From assembly GCA_036172245.1 (NCBI GenBank), contig JAYWIR010000011.1, positions 2,666,001 through 2,730,000 on the forward strand: a DNA stretch of 64,000 nt, written 5' to 3'. This stretch comes from Raillietiella orientalis (Eukaryota). The first letter of the stretch is position 1; each line of letters starts with the position of its first letter. The notes under the pieces were generated by a model. It was given only the letters and a program-made list of their open reading frames with translations, was not told where the DNA came from and searched no databases. Of this stretch, positions 11,601-24,601 are shown piece by piece. A program made the position numbers and the translations under genes.

Positions 11601-14113
11601 CATTTCCCTCGGAACGCTTCGCCGTTTTGGATCCGTCGTTTTTATGAATCCTGCAGGCAGTTTCCCGAACCATCTGGCAGCCAACATACTGCTTACATGG
11701 ACTTTCGGCGGACCGAAGTTTTGTCACACGGACGAACCTCCAAGTCTGGGTGGATATTCAGTCTCGCCTTGAAAGTCTCGAGAGGAACTCTTCGGGCAAA
11801 CAACAGTTCTGGAACGGAAGGCACGTCCTGCCCCTACGAATGCGGGGCAGCTCATTCACCCATGCGTTTTTGACCGATTCCTATTGATGATGTGGAGAGT
11901 GAAACATGAGTTTCACGTGCGTGAGCTAAATGGCTCCGTTTCGGCTGCATCCTGCGGATGCAGAACGAGGAAAAAAAAAAAAAAAAGAAGGAAAGAAAGA
12001 AAGAAGAAGTCTTTTCCTTGATTGCTCTAAAAGTTTATCGTTGTCGCAAGCATTTGGTGGAGCTATAAGTTTCTCAGGATCGACTTCAAGATGACATGAC
12101 AGGGAGGAGAGGGACCCCACTGTGTTTGCACTCGACGAGGTGGCTGCTGCTGTCGGATAGCGTGAAATGCCATAAGTTCTGATGCTGTCCCCACTTGCTC
12201 CTAGCCGGAGATGGTTCCTCTCGAATGTTACATGCTTGGAGCAACACACTCTGATCTTGTTATTAGGTCGCGACGACCCCTAACAGTCGTGCATGTGTGA
12301 CCGGAAGTATCGATTCTCGTCTTATTCGTGGAAGCTGCGGCGATCCTGAAGCAAAAATGTGAAAGCCTCCGTTACCCGAGAGGGGGTTTAGCCGTGTGGC
12401 AGGCAGAGGATCAGGAGAAAAGGATTTTATGGAATCGGCTCCGCTAACTGTGGACGTTTTCGCCCACGTACTGTGCATCCTTGAGTGGTTGAAGGCGTGG
12501 GGCAGTTGGCAACATCTCACTGGAGGCGACGAAGAGGCACGCAAGTGACCATTGTAAAAAGCATCGCTTCGTACGCCTAGTCCGCGCGCGATCCCAGCGC
12601 CAAGCGAGCTGACCAGGAGCCACCGGAAGCGGTAGCGAGAAACTCGAATTTGACGTAGCCATTCCCCCCTCCGGTAGCTCACCTCTCTCTCAGAGTGGTG
12701 CGCCTTGAAACACTGCTTGCAAATCATTTTGTAAGGTGTTCCGTTGGAAACTGTAGTCATTTATTTGTCTTTCCAAAACGTTCCGTACAAAGAGGGTAAA
12801 CGAAAATGGCGAAGGTGGCTTCAGGGCGAATTAATCGGGCATTCAGCATCGATTTGACCCTGAGTATTCAAAGTTCCTTCCTTCGACTGCTAATGTATGC
12901 CCATCAACCTCATTATGTGACTTTGGTATGATGTGCGAGGAGGATACATCGTTGTTATGCAGCTATGGCTTTCAGGAGCACTCGTTGGCACAGCTCTATC
13001 TTTATTCTGGCATTGACAGCATAAGGGACATGAGGGACCTACTGGAAACAAAGAGACAGTGTCTAACTGGATTCTGTGAAATGAGGCACTTCATGGGCGT
13101 AGAAAGAGCCATAAATCCGTCCCATCAATTAGGAGAGCAGAATCACGAACTGTGCATCACAGACAACTAACGCACTAAAAACCTGTAGAAGGACCTCAGA
13201 TACCATCCTATGCTTCGCATGGCATCACTTACGAGATGTTAACAGATTGGTGTGCGTGTGCGTCTTTTTTCCCCTTATTTCCCCTATTGGGGGGGGGGGG
13301 GGTTCCAGCTTTCATTTGCCTGCTACACGAACTACGGGAACTGCAGCCAAATGGTATCTTCGATGTGAATCCACTGTGCTCCCCAGAAGTGATCTCTCGT
13401 CCTACAGCGCTTACTACCAGTGTTTTCGTGGTATGTTGTTCAAGTGGTTCGGTTCTGTGCCCACCGATCACATTTCTCGCCTCGATGTAAACTGTCCACA
13501 AGTAGCTGGAAGAGGAAAGCATTTGCAGTAGCCGTTGATCGTGGATTACGTTTTGTGAGCAACAGTGACCTCCATCGAAGAAATCTTTGCATTCTTTATC
13601 GTTACTTTGCGGAGGGAGGCAAAAAAAGAAAAGAAAAGAACAGCACAGTGTGTTTTCCAAGTTTCTTCGAGAGTGCACGAACGCATGAGCCACCCTGCAT
13701 TGTGTCAATAAATTCTTTTCGTTTGCGTCACGACGTTTGGCCTCGGAAGATTACTTTTGCGAGGTGGAGAATGCTAGGTTGCAGATAGGCGAAGAGGTTT
13801 CCAAGTGGTTGCGAGCAGTTCTGCCAGTCATCCACCGCAACCAAAAGTGGTGCACAGAATTGCTGGTACGGTGTTCTAGAAAAGGCTGGGTCGCTGCCGT
13901 CGCGCTCCCGACGTTTTAAAAGTGCACAGGAAGGATAAATAGAGCTGCAGAGAGCGCAATGGCACTTTGAAAAATCAAAGGGAATGGGTCTGCTGTTGCC
14001 GCCGCGTGCCCGTGGATCCCGGGAGAGAATGCCCACGCTGTCAGCTGTGTGCCGAGTGGATGCGGAGGAGGAATTCTCAGGAAATGAAGTCGGGGAATCC
14101 TGAGCACCCTTTT

Positions 14114-14145
<32 letters not shown>

Positions 14146-15854
14146 TTTTTATCCTGTAGTAATGCGTGCTGTAAACGGGAAAAGAGAAGTCGCCGTGCGT
14201 GCGGGACAAACAGGAGCACAAGACGCGTGTCCGTGCTGGGTTCACGGGATGCGCAAGTTTGTTAAGCAACGAACCGGGAGAAGAGGAAAGCCTTTCGATG
14301 GGTCCGCAGGCGTCGCGAGGAAACGCATTCTGCGGCGCTGGAAACTTCCCGAACGTTCGTTGTCCATTTTCGAGTAGGTCTTTTTTTTTTTTTTTTTTTT
14401 CTGCCCTGAATCCGCGGGTTTCCTTTGTACTGCGCTTTCGAGTACCATTATTTTATTCCGGTCGGACCGTCTATCATAGCGAATGTGCCCAAGAGTAAAC
14501 TCGCGTCCATTAATGAAAGAGGTCAGAAATCACAAGATTACCCGAGAACTCGCCCGTGCCGTGCCTGGCGCATCCTCGCGAACACGTCCGAGCACGCTCT
14601 CTCCCGGCGCTTCCCTCTTCCGTGTGCTCCTCTTGCGCATCTTTGTGGTTTCGCAGTAACACCTTCCCTTTGGGCTCCCCTCGCGCCGCGTGCCTGGGAA
14701 GTGTCAACTGTCCATCCCCGCCCCCCTCCTCCCCCATGGCCAAATCTTGCGTCGAAGATTCCTCCTCTTGCTGGGCGCCTTCTTGACCCACCACCTCTCC
14801 GGCGGTCCTGCGTCTCGAGATGAGCTTTTCCGCTCTCGCTCAATTGGCCACGTTCGCTCAGAATATTCCTTGCAGCATGCGAGCTTCGAGCACGATGTGT
14901 TTTGTGCGGGCATCAAATGCTCTTGCAGTTTTATGACGACGGGACGCAGTGGAAGTCTTTGACAGGCAATGTGGAACCATCTGCACCCCGAGCTAAATTT
15001 GAGAAACGCCAGCGCGCGGAGCGATCTGTTCCTCTTGCACGAGTCATCGCTGCTGCATTTTGCGTTCTCCCACTCTTTCCTTGGTGGTATGCCTGTACCT
15101 GTTTTTTTCCTCTTCAATTGGTTTGTCAGCTTCGGACCATGGTTTTGTACCTTCGGAGTTGTACTGGGTTACCGCGTTCTGATAGGTGCCAGCCGTTGGT
15201 GAATATTGGCTGTTGGCGATAGCCGTGTGCTTGGTTTCCCTCTTCCACCTGTGGGAGCGGAAGGCGTGGCCTTTCAGGCAGCTTGGATTCCGTTCTTAAA
15301 AGCCTTCAGTGTTTTGCTTCCACAGATAGGTGGGCCAGGCCGTTGACGAACCTCAGCTCGTCGTGTCCCGGCAACATCCAAGCAGCAGAGTTCGAACGTC
15401 CTCTAACGCAGCGCCTCGCTCGTTCCAAGAGGAACAAAGGAAACCTCTCTTCGTTGCCTCTCGGTGTTTCTCAGTGCCGGAACACCGGACCAGCCTTGCG
15501 TTTCTTTGCGGAGGACCTGTTTCTCCTGAGACGCTTCTCGCCTGTTCCAGCGCTGCCGTTCCTTTCTTCACCCCTTTTACGCGTTTTCCCGATCTTCGTG
15601 ATGTAATCCGCCCGATGCTGTTGGGACCCCCCCCCCCCTTCCGCGAACGTGTGTGTGTCCCCTTTCAAAAAACGAAAGGTGTTTGGGTTCCAAAATGTGT
15701 CTTCCGCCGTTTCCCAAGACGCTTTCGTGTTGACTGACCTCGCTGTCGGGACCTCATGCTTTGAGTTGCTTGTTAATTCTAGTCATTGGAAGCAGTGGAT
15801 CGTGAATTCAGGTCTTGTGCCGATTGTTCGTGTTCACCTGCAGTGTAGGCAAAA

Positions 15855-15882
15855 AAGAAGAAGAAGAAGAAGAAGAAGAAGA
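15855..15882. repeat. (AAG)n microsatellite; similar tracts near 16283-16310 and (CTT)n near 19384-19405
   Basis: Tandem AAG units read directly. Confidence 0.85.
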
Positions 15883-17271
15883 AAAAAATCGCATACTTGC
15901 TGACTATCTCCGCGACCGCGTTAGGTGCTTTAGCAGCGTCACTGCTGCTCGAGAGGATGGTCATGAATAATAAGTGGGTTCTCAGGCACGATTCGAGACG
16001 CACTCCTACCTGCGAATCCCAGTTGCCTAGCAGCGTAGGCAGTGGGTTGCATGTGCGTGTGTGTGTTTGCTTACCAGTTTGAATTCATGCATTCTGTGAT
16101 AGGCCGAGGAAGCGATGGTCACGGAAAGAACACGGGAAAGACACCCACCATACAGAACTTTGTTTCACGGTACGCGCGCGCGGTGCATTTGGGCGTTTTT
16201 TCTGCGTGTAATTTTCACTTTGCGACCGAAAACATTTCCGCCAATTTTTTCCTTTTTTTTTTTCTTCTTTTTTCCTCCTTTCGAAGAAGAAGAAGAAGAA
16301 GAAGAAGAAGGAAAAAAATGGGTTCCGTTTGCCGCGAATAGGCATCGAGGGGGAATGCAGTTCGCTATCTTCATGGTATCTGTGCGGAATAATCCCTTTC
16401 CTCCGAGCTCCATGTTGTGAATTTCGGATGTATAAGATGTTTCCTGCTCGAACGTGCTTTCACGTTTTCGGGAATGAAAACGTGTCGAGACGGCACTGCC
16501 GTGCGTTTTTATTTTTCCTGCGTTTTCGTGTTCGTCCGCTCTCCGCTTGTCATATCTGCATTTCGCCCCTTATCGGAAGAGGTGGATTCTCGCATGCAGA
16601 TTCGCAACTGTCAGGATGATTTGTATAGCATCTTTGTGTGTGTGTCACACCATCACCAATGTCGACAGCACGGCCTGAGATTTTTCCCAGTGCACAATGC
16701 CAAATATCAAAAAGAATGGGTGGAGATTTAGGGGAAGGGTCGATCACTGTGGCAGATAAAGGAAATGCAATCATGCTGCTATGCCCTATGGGCAATGCAA
16801 TTAGAAAATAGCTTTCATTATGCTTAGATTCGATAATGAACAATCCCGAACGAGCCGGAGGAACCCGAATCGCACGGCGTCTCCATCCCTTGCCAGTGGC
16901 ACCATTACTCAGTCGAATCGCGGGGAGCACAAGAGTGAGGCAAACATGTTTGCTCGGTACTGCCCCGCGGTTCGAGCTCGCGTGCTGATTTCGAACCATC
17001 AGAAGCCCAAAGACCTTTTTCTTTCTGTCTTCCTTTTTGTTTGGAAGGGTGCGTTAAGTAGTGTCGTACGGATGGTACGTACGGAACGCTTGTGCCCTCG
17101 ATGTCAAACCCCCCCCCCCCACCCACCCACGACAGCTTCCCCTCTTCTGATGTCGTGATTTGTTTCAGCACTGAAGCTGCTGGCGACGAAGAAGTGATGC
17201 AGGTGTGTTGCTCGCAAGGAGTGCACGCGTGTCCTCTGAAGTAGTGCACAGGAACTCGCCAGAGACCGATC

Positions 17272-18981
17272 ATGAATAAGGTTCCACTGATCTGGGTGTT
17301 CTTCTCGGTGTGCTACCTGAAGGTGAGCGGACGCCGCTGCCAGGAAATCACTGTGCCGATGTGTCTGCGGATCGGCTACAACTTGACCTCCATGCCGAAC
17401 GAGTTCAATCACGACAGTCAGGATGAAGCCGGCCTGGAAGTTCACCAGTTCTGGCCCCTTGTGGAAATTAAGTGCTCCCCCGACCTCAAGTTCTTTCTCT
17501 GTTCCATGTACGTTCCCATCTGCATGGAGGACTATCCCCAGCCCCTACCCGCCTGTCGCAGCGTGTGTCTTCGAGCCAAAGCCGGCTGTGCTCCTCTCAT
17601 GAAGCACTACGGTTTCCTCTGGCCTGAACGCATGAACTGTGACAAACTCCCCGTGTACGGAACACCCGGGCGTCTGTGCATGGATCACCTCAATGGCTCC
17701 AACGAGGTGCCAGTGACTCAGGGGGTGCCCCCTGCCCCCCACTGTAGAGGGAAGGGGTGTGTGGACGAGGCTAGTGCTGGTGAATGCTCCTGTCGGTGCC
17801 GATCTCCTTTGATTCCAGTCCTTAACACGAGCAAGAATTCCCCCAGCTTGATCGACGGGCTGTCCGGGTGCGCCCTCGCTTGCCACAGTTTCTTCTCTGG
17901 AGAGGAGCTGTTTGCTTTCGTGAACATGTGGCTCGGCTCCTGGGCCGCGGTGTGCTGCGGGGCCACTTTCCTCACCTTGCTGACGTTTTTCGTGGACACC
18001 GAAAGGTTCAAGTATCCGGAAAGGCCGATCATCTTCCTGAGCGGATGCTATTTCGTGGTCAGTGTTGCATATCTGATCCGCGTCGTCGCGGGTCACGAAG
18101 CCGTCGCCTGCGACGGGGCGATAGCCCATCAGGGAGCCGTCGGGAACCCGCTATGCCTCATTGTGTTCTTGCTGCTGTATTTCTTTTCCATGGCTTCTTC
18201 CATTTGGTGGGTCGTTCTGTCCCTGACGTGGTTCCTTGCTGCCGGACTGAAGTGGGGCAGCGAAGCCATCTCCGGCTACTCTCGCTATTTCCATCTGGTC
18301 GCCTGGATCATCCCGGCCATACAGACAGTGGCAGCCCTGGCGATGCGCGCGTTCGACGGCGATCCTGTCTCCGGAGTGTGCTTCCCAGGCGCCCAGGGAG
18401 GGCCCGCGCTGACGGGATTCGTGCTGGTACCGCTGTGCATATATCTTTTTCTGGGTACCATGTTCTTGCTGGCTGGATTCGTCAGCTTGTTTCACATTCG
18501 TTCTGTCATCAAGCACCAGGGACGGGCGAGGACTGACAAGCTGGAAAAGCTCATGATCCGCATAGGCATCTTCAGCGTGCTGTACACGCTTCCGGCTTCC
18601 ATCGTGGTTGCGTGTCTCGTGTACGAACAAATGAATCGCGACTCCTGGTTGCGTGCGTACGCATGCCCCTGTGCCGCGAACACCACGTCCCCCTATTTCT
18701 CCGTTTACATGCTCAAATACCTAATGTTTCTGGCAGTCGGTATCACCTCGTGGTTCTGGACTTGGTCCAGCAAAACTGTCGGTTCGTGGCGTCGGGTGTA
18801 TGCCAGAATGTGCGGAAACCCTGAAGAGGAATCCAGGAAGGTTTCAGTCCCCGCGTACGACGCCAACATTTACCTGCCCCTCCCACGAACTTGCAAGCAA
18901 CCGATCTGCTCCAGCGTCCAAAGTGGCAGTCACACTTGCATCGGAGCGATGCCCAAGCAGCTTCCATTGAGTCATGTATGA
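17272..18981 (+). CDS. fz2: Frizzled-5/8 subfamily Wnt receptor (Drosophila fz2-like), single coding exon, 569 aa
   Basis: Signal peptide; cysteine-rich domain CQEITVPMC...YNLTSMPNEFNHDSQDEAGLEVHQFWPLVEIKCSPDLKFFLCSMYVPIC; 7TM region with ERFKYPERPIIFLS, MASSIWWV, WFLAAGLKWGSEAI and KLEKLMIRIGIFSVLY; Dishevelled-binding KTxxxW (KTVGSW); C-terminal PDZ ligand PLSHV typical of FZD5/8/Dfz2. Confidence 0.97.
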   Translation: MNKVPLIWVFFSVCYLKVSGRRCQEITVPMCLRIGYNLTSMPNEFNHDSQDEAGLEVHQFWPLVEIKCSPDLKFFLCSMYVPICMEDYPQPLPACRSVCLRAKAGCAPLMKHYGFLWPERMNCDKLPVYGTPGRLCMDHLNGSNEVPVTQGVPPAPHCRGKGCVDEASAGECSCRCRSPLIPVLNTSKNSPSLIDGLSGCALACHSFFSGEELFAFVNMWLGSWAAVCCGATFLTLLTFFVDTERFKYPERPIIFLSGCYFVVSVAYLIRVVAGHEAVACDGAIAHQGAVGNPLCLIVFLLLYFFSMASSIWWVVLSLTWFLAAGLKWGSEAISGYSRYFHLVAWIIPAIQTVAALAMRAFDGDPVSGVCFPGAQGGPALTGFVLVPLCIYLFLGTMFLLAGFVSLFHIRSVIKHQGRARTDKLEKLMIRIGIFSVLYTLPASIVVACLVYEQMNRDSWLRAYACPCAANTTSPYFSVYMLKYLMFLAVGITSWFWTWSSKTVGSWRRVYARMCGNPEEESRKVSVPAYDANIYLPLPRTCKQPICSSVQSGSHTCIGAMPKQLPLSHV

Positions 18982-21900
18982 CCTGCGGACGGTCCTGGGA
19001 TCATAGCCCTGTCATCCCAGGGCCGCCACGTACAGCAACATCAATACGTAGTGTATGACCAACTGTGATCGAAGCTTTGTGATGATATCAGTCCAGTAAT
19101 TTATGTTCTGCAATACGTAAAAAGAATGCTTTTCTCCCAAGCAAAGGAACCCAGCAGTGTTTTATAATTCCAATACGTAATTATGTTTTAAGAAAATATA
19201 TATAGAACCGATTTTAACAAGTATTGTCACAGCGCGTGTGTCGCGGAAGGAAGGTGCATCTCCAAGCCACTTGGATGACAGTCTGGATGCAAACGACGAA
19301 TCAGCAGGTACATCCCAAGACAGCGGAGTGGCAATAAAAGTATTCTCAACAGAATGTTTTTCCTCGGCGACGGAGATCATTTTCTTCTTCTTCTTCTTCT
19401 TCTTCTCCTCAAGACCTCCCGCGCCCTCTGATGCACTTGGTGGACATTTTGCGTATCGGTCAGATCCGGCGATGTTGGTCAGCGCACCTCCGCAGAAGAG
19501 CGTTCGGCTGTTTGTCATCCTCTCTCGAGTAACGTGCGGTTGGAATGCATCCCAAGTTGATGGTGGCCGTGCGCGTTGCCTTGGCGAGCGGTTTGCTAGG
19601 CGTCGGAACGCGCTTCGCATCCGCAGGCATTTATTTTGCCTCTTTTGGAACATTTTCATTTTTTCGGTTCCTTTTTTTTTTTTTTTGCGATAAATAAGCC
19701 GATTCGGTCTCCTCGGTTTCGCTTCGTTCGCAGGAGCTCTTGGACAGTTTTCGGGATCCATCGTCATTCCTAAATTGAGTTTCGTGTTTCGGGGGGTTTG
19801 ACAGGAGTCCTCCACCAACGGTCCCGTGGCGGCCTCGGGAACCGTGAAGTGGTCCTGATGCACGCGCATTACCACTTGTCATTACTCTGCTTCGTCGTTG
19901 CCGTGGCGGAACGGTGCGTTTCGTAGAGGCGCAGTTCCATCACACTCGCGACTAATCCGAAGTGAAACCAGCTTACACGCCCAGCAAAGTGGGCGATACG
20001 CCCACTGCTCATGTGACATGTGAAGCAGAGGCTGTTAACTCAAGTAAGTCGTCAACTTCCCGAAGCATGAAACTGATATTCATGCAAACTCCTTCGGGGT
20101 GCTGCTGCCCTTTCCAGTGCAACCAACACTCCCCAAGTAAGAGGAGCAGATGGAAAATTCGGAGTGACCACAGTGAAACGCGGACGAGTTCTTGCACACC
20201 CCGCTGGAGGTTGTGTGGAAGAGCCGCGAGGACACGAATGGGGACATTCGAAGCCGGAAAGCAGGGCACGAGGTGTCTGGCGACATGACCTTCGGGGATC
20301 CGAGATGCGAAGTCTTCTGTGCATGTGTGCTGTTTTTTTCATCATGGTCATCCGCAGTAGCACGCCTGTACTGTGCAGCATCGGCACGGATCGAACATGA
20401 GCCTTCGATGTTGCGAGCAAGCTCGTAGAATTCGCGGTCGGAAAAGCTTGCCAACAGCTTCCCAGCCTTGTAGTTCAAGAAGAAGTGCACTCCACGAAAG
20501 CATCGGTTGTAACACACCTTGGTTGCGGGCCTCTTCGCACGTAGCACGGCGATGTTCGGTCTCCGCCTGTGCTACCGAAAGGGTAACTTCTGAAGGTACT
20601 TGCAGTCAGGCGGTGGTGTGGCTTAGCACGGTGCGTGTTGCCAAGTGACATCAACCGAAGGTTAAGGAGCAGCCGTGAGGTGACTGGTGCGCGCGGCCAG
20701 CTCGTGTCCTTTCAGTGCTTTGTTTGAAAACGACCCGAAGAGCGGAAAGAGTATCAAGAGCAGTCTGTAAAACAAGAGGACCTTCGGTTCAGCTTCTGCG
20801 AATTTCGTTCTCAGGCAAAACACTCGCGAGCCTCGGAAGTATTGAGGAAGTGACGACACTTGGGGACAAAAGCAAGAGTGGCAGCCGCCTGTGCTGAAAA
20901 TCCCAAGGTCCGTCCTGTGCGAATGTGAAGTTGCGACGTGATCTTGTCGGATGCGGGGATCAGGCACCAGCGGAGATTTCGGAGGAAAACAAGTTTGAGC
21001 GAAGGGGTCGACCTGCAGGTGCAGGGTTTTCTCCAACTCGTCCCTGCCCGTGCTCCAACGAGATTTCCCCTCACGACGTCTTTGTTTTCCCTCCCGAAAC
21101 CGCGCACCATTCTTAGGCGCTCTTTCCACAGCCAGGTAAGGCGATTAAGTCACAAACCGGCCGGAATAAGCAGCCAGACAATGCATGCCTTATTGAGTGC
21201 TTTTCTTAATTGTGCACTTCGATGACGTGCTCACAAGAAGCAGAGATTGATGGTTGCGGATTCATCGGGCACTGCAGTTTCGACGTTCCACACTAAGTGG
21301 ATGGATGACTCACCAAAGTTCGGAGCGACCGCTGCCAGTTTCGCCATCTTGCAAAGCTTGAAGGCACGACGGGGATTAGCTCCCCAGTCGGCGGACGGGC
21401 CTCGCCCTTAAGGTCTTGCCCTTTCTGAGAAGGAGCAGACCAGATGATTCTGGGGGACGGAATGGAACGACACTGAAATTCGGAAAACGCACATTCATCG
21501 GTGTATGAAACCTGGCTAGGCTGCCTGGCGGCTGCTCTTCACTTTCAGTGGTGATTACAGAAAATTCGCGGACAGACCGGACGGGTGCGGAGCAGCTTCC
21601 GTTTCCGTTATGGGCCGGTTAATGAAGGCGCACATCCTTTTTCCGCATCGCCCAAACAGCTGTTGGTCCCAAACAGTTTGGACAGCGATAAGCCGAGCAA
21701 GGCACGCATGCTCGCTTGGAAGACTCGTATTCCTTCCGTTTCTCCTCCTCTTGACTATCGGCCTTTGCGCATGGCGCGTCCTTCTTCTAGTTGTCATGGC
21801 AATCTTCGTCCCTTTGTTTTCTCTCCTCCCCCCTTCCCAGATTTGTGAAATTAATTGTAAAGATTCGCGGACGGTTTCTCCCCGTAGGCTGAGACGATGG

Positions 21901-22282
21901 AAAGGGATGTTTGCTCTTGATGAGGGGCACGCGCATGGAAACGTCCCTTCGAACCACGCTGGTGCGCAGGCGAACCTGCAGCCTCCCAACCATGCTAACG
22001 ATACGCCGATCTCCTGACACGCCTTTCGCTGGATTCGAGGAATGCCGACGTCACCCACGTGGCCAGAGGAACGGCCAAACTTTGGTCGTTCATTGAGAAC
22101 CACCCTTCTTCCTTCTCCCCTCCTGTCCTTTCTTTTTCCGTTGACCTTTTTCATATGCAGCGAGCCTCACCTTCGGTGGGTACGGTCCAGAGGCGCCATT
22201 GACTTCAACGTGAAACGGATCGACCCGTCCGCGCACAGGAACTCTTGGAACAGGCCGGCAAAACAGTTCCCGAATATAGGAA

Positions 22283-23420
22283 GGCCCGCATTGGCGACCG
22301 TGCGGCTGCAGTCTTTGCGGGCGGCACCGAGCGTCGCGGGTTCGAATCCCGCCCGGGGAAGGGTCGACGCTCCGAGAGCGGGCGGTGCGCCGTGGGTTTC
22401 GGGTCCCCCCTCCCTCTCGCAGGGTGACGCCGATTGGCCTATTCGGGTGCGGCACTCATGGCAGCCGGATGCCTCCGTTGACTTGCCGGGAAGGCGACCC
22501 TCCGAAGTCCTTTTAGGAATCCTTCGAGGATCTCCTCCTCCGGCGGCGAACATGGAGCCCCCCATCGCATACCATGCAACGGGGGGCTGGTTGGTGCCTC
22601 TCCAGAGTGTGAAGAAGCGCGCTGCTCCCTCGGGGGAGCGCCCTCCGGAGACATTTAAAAGCGTCCCTTCGAGGTTCTCTTCAGAGGAGGGAGCGAAGAG
22701 CCGTTCCCGTGCGGGCGGTCCCTCCGGAGAGAACAAGGAAGAGGTTCCCTTCGGAGACAACCAGGACGAAGGTTCCCTGCCAAACGTGAGAGGAACGGAC
22801 ACTCCTTCCTCTGGAGCATTCCTGATTCCTGGATTCATAGGGTGGTTTCTCCGGGTTGACGGCGTCCCCACACCTACCCTTGTTTACCCCACGCCATCCG
22901 AGGGTGGCGCAGGCAGTGTCAAAGAGCTTCGTGAGCCTCCCCCCCCCCAAAAAAAAAGGCGAAGGGTTCTAAAGCGCTTTGCAAACTGGAAAAAGGAAAA
23001 GTGGGACAGCGGATTCCCTTCCTGGAGGTGCTGATGAGTGCGAGGAGCGGTTTTCGGGTTCCTTCGGCGATTCGCCTTGCGTCGTCTGCTCCGGACCCGG
23101 AGGGCAACCCACTGGATTCCTCGTGTAGTGAACGAGGAACCGGAACAACCAGGAGACGGCTCAGAATGCGCCGTATTTTTATTCCTTGCAGAGACGACCA
23201 GGTTCCCGAAACGAAGAGTGGTGTAAACCTTGCTCGGAAGCACCACCGACGGGAAGAGCGCGTCCCGGTCTATTTTTAATGCTTCCTCTTCGTCGAAAGT
23301 GGCCCGTCAGCTCCGGAGCCGCCGCGCGGTACAGTCATACCCGCAGCAGCGACCTTACCGAGGTTTCCGGAAAGACTCTGGAACGCCGAAGACGCCTGGA
23401 ATTCCAAGTTCCGGCGCTGC
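22283..23420 (+). mobile_element. Composite tRNA-headed retro-repeat, copy 1
   Basis: B box GGTTCGAATCC at 22339-22349; body with CCCTYCGGAGA-type subrepeats; conserved block GGGTGGCGCAGGCAGTGTCAAAGAGCTTC (22902-22930); tail with blocks shared with copy 5 (CACTGGAT, CTCTTCGT, GCCTGGAAYTCCA). The 3' end is approximate. Confidence 0.8.
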
Positions 23421-24601
23421 AGACATTTACGATGCCTTCGCATTTCCGTAGTGCTTCTCCCCCCCCTCGAAGACGCCTTCCTCCGTCCCGCGACACTTCC
23501 CGACGGGTCGACGGAGGCGGTGCTGCCATCTCTGCAGCGAACGTTGCACGCGGCTTTCATCGACAAAAACAAGAGCTGGGACAAAACGAACCGAAGGGCT
23601 CATCAGCGGGGACTGGAACAAAAAAGGGAGAGAGGAGGAAAGTGCAGGCGAAAGATCCAAACGAAGCGGAGGAGCGCCCGTCGCGGGCGGAAGGCATCCG
23701 CGGAGAAGCAGGCGAACGATTTGAGGTATCTCATCCGAAGAGCCGACAGGGGGTCTTTAACACCTCTCCTGTTCTCGGGGACCTGGATCTAGTCTGTGCC
23801 CCCCCTCCCCCCCGAGGGGGAGGAGGGAGAGCGTCGATGCCGAGGTGAGTCTCAGGACGAGTGAGGAGGATAAAAGGCCGCTGTCATCGCCCCCTGCCTG
23901 CATCCCCGATGGGGGGGAGGCGGATTCCGATTGGAGACGCTCGTCGCGCCCACCGCCACCCCAGACGCTCTATCGAGTGGCGCGCGCGTCGATTCCCGGT
24001 TTATTTTTAATCGCCCCGCTCCTGCGAGTCGCCTCCCGGCTGCGGTCCCGGCATCTTCGCCGGGGCGGAAGAGCGTGCGCTCCGAGGGACCAGCTGCCGT
24101 CCTCCCGAGAGGAGAACCCCTGCTTTCGGAGTGTGGCTTCGTTTCCGGATTCCATCCCGGCTCCCCCGGGTGGGGAGGCTTCCCTGGGCCGGTCGGCCGT
24201 GCGTCGAAGATGACCACAGAAAGACGGCTCCTTCGCGGTCCCTTGCCAAGAGCGGGTGGGATGGGGACGGAAAGTCGAGCGTCTGTCCCTCAAGACCGGA
24301 ATCGGCCGGTGGCGGGCCCAAGCATCCTGGTTCCTGGCTGCAAGTCGACCGACAAAACAGCCCCCGCAGACTCCTCCTTCCCAGCTGATGCGGGGGACGG
24401 AGGGGGTGCGGACGACGTGCACGCCCAGTCCCTGATAGCACGCGAAATCTTGTGTGTGTGGGGTTTTTTCTTTTTGGACGGTGGGGCGTGGGCCGCGGAG
24501 AGGTAAGGAGGGAGCAGGGGAGGCGGCGTCCTTTTTCCTTTTTTTCTTTCTTTTTATCCCGCGAGCGCCGCTATCTGCTCCCTGGCTCCTGGCAAGGGCG
24601 G

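Noticed and set aside
22290..22360. Functional tRNA gene
   Set aside because: Only the T-arm/B box is convincing. There is no complete cloverleaf and no T-run terminator, and it is embedded in a dispersed repeat.
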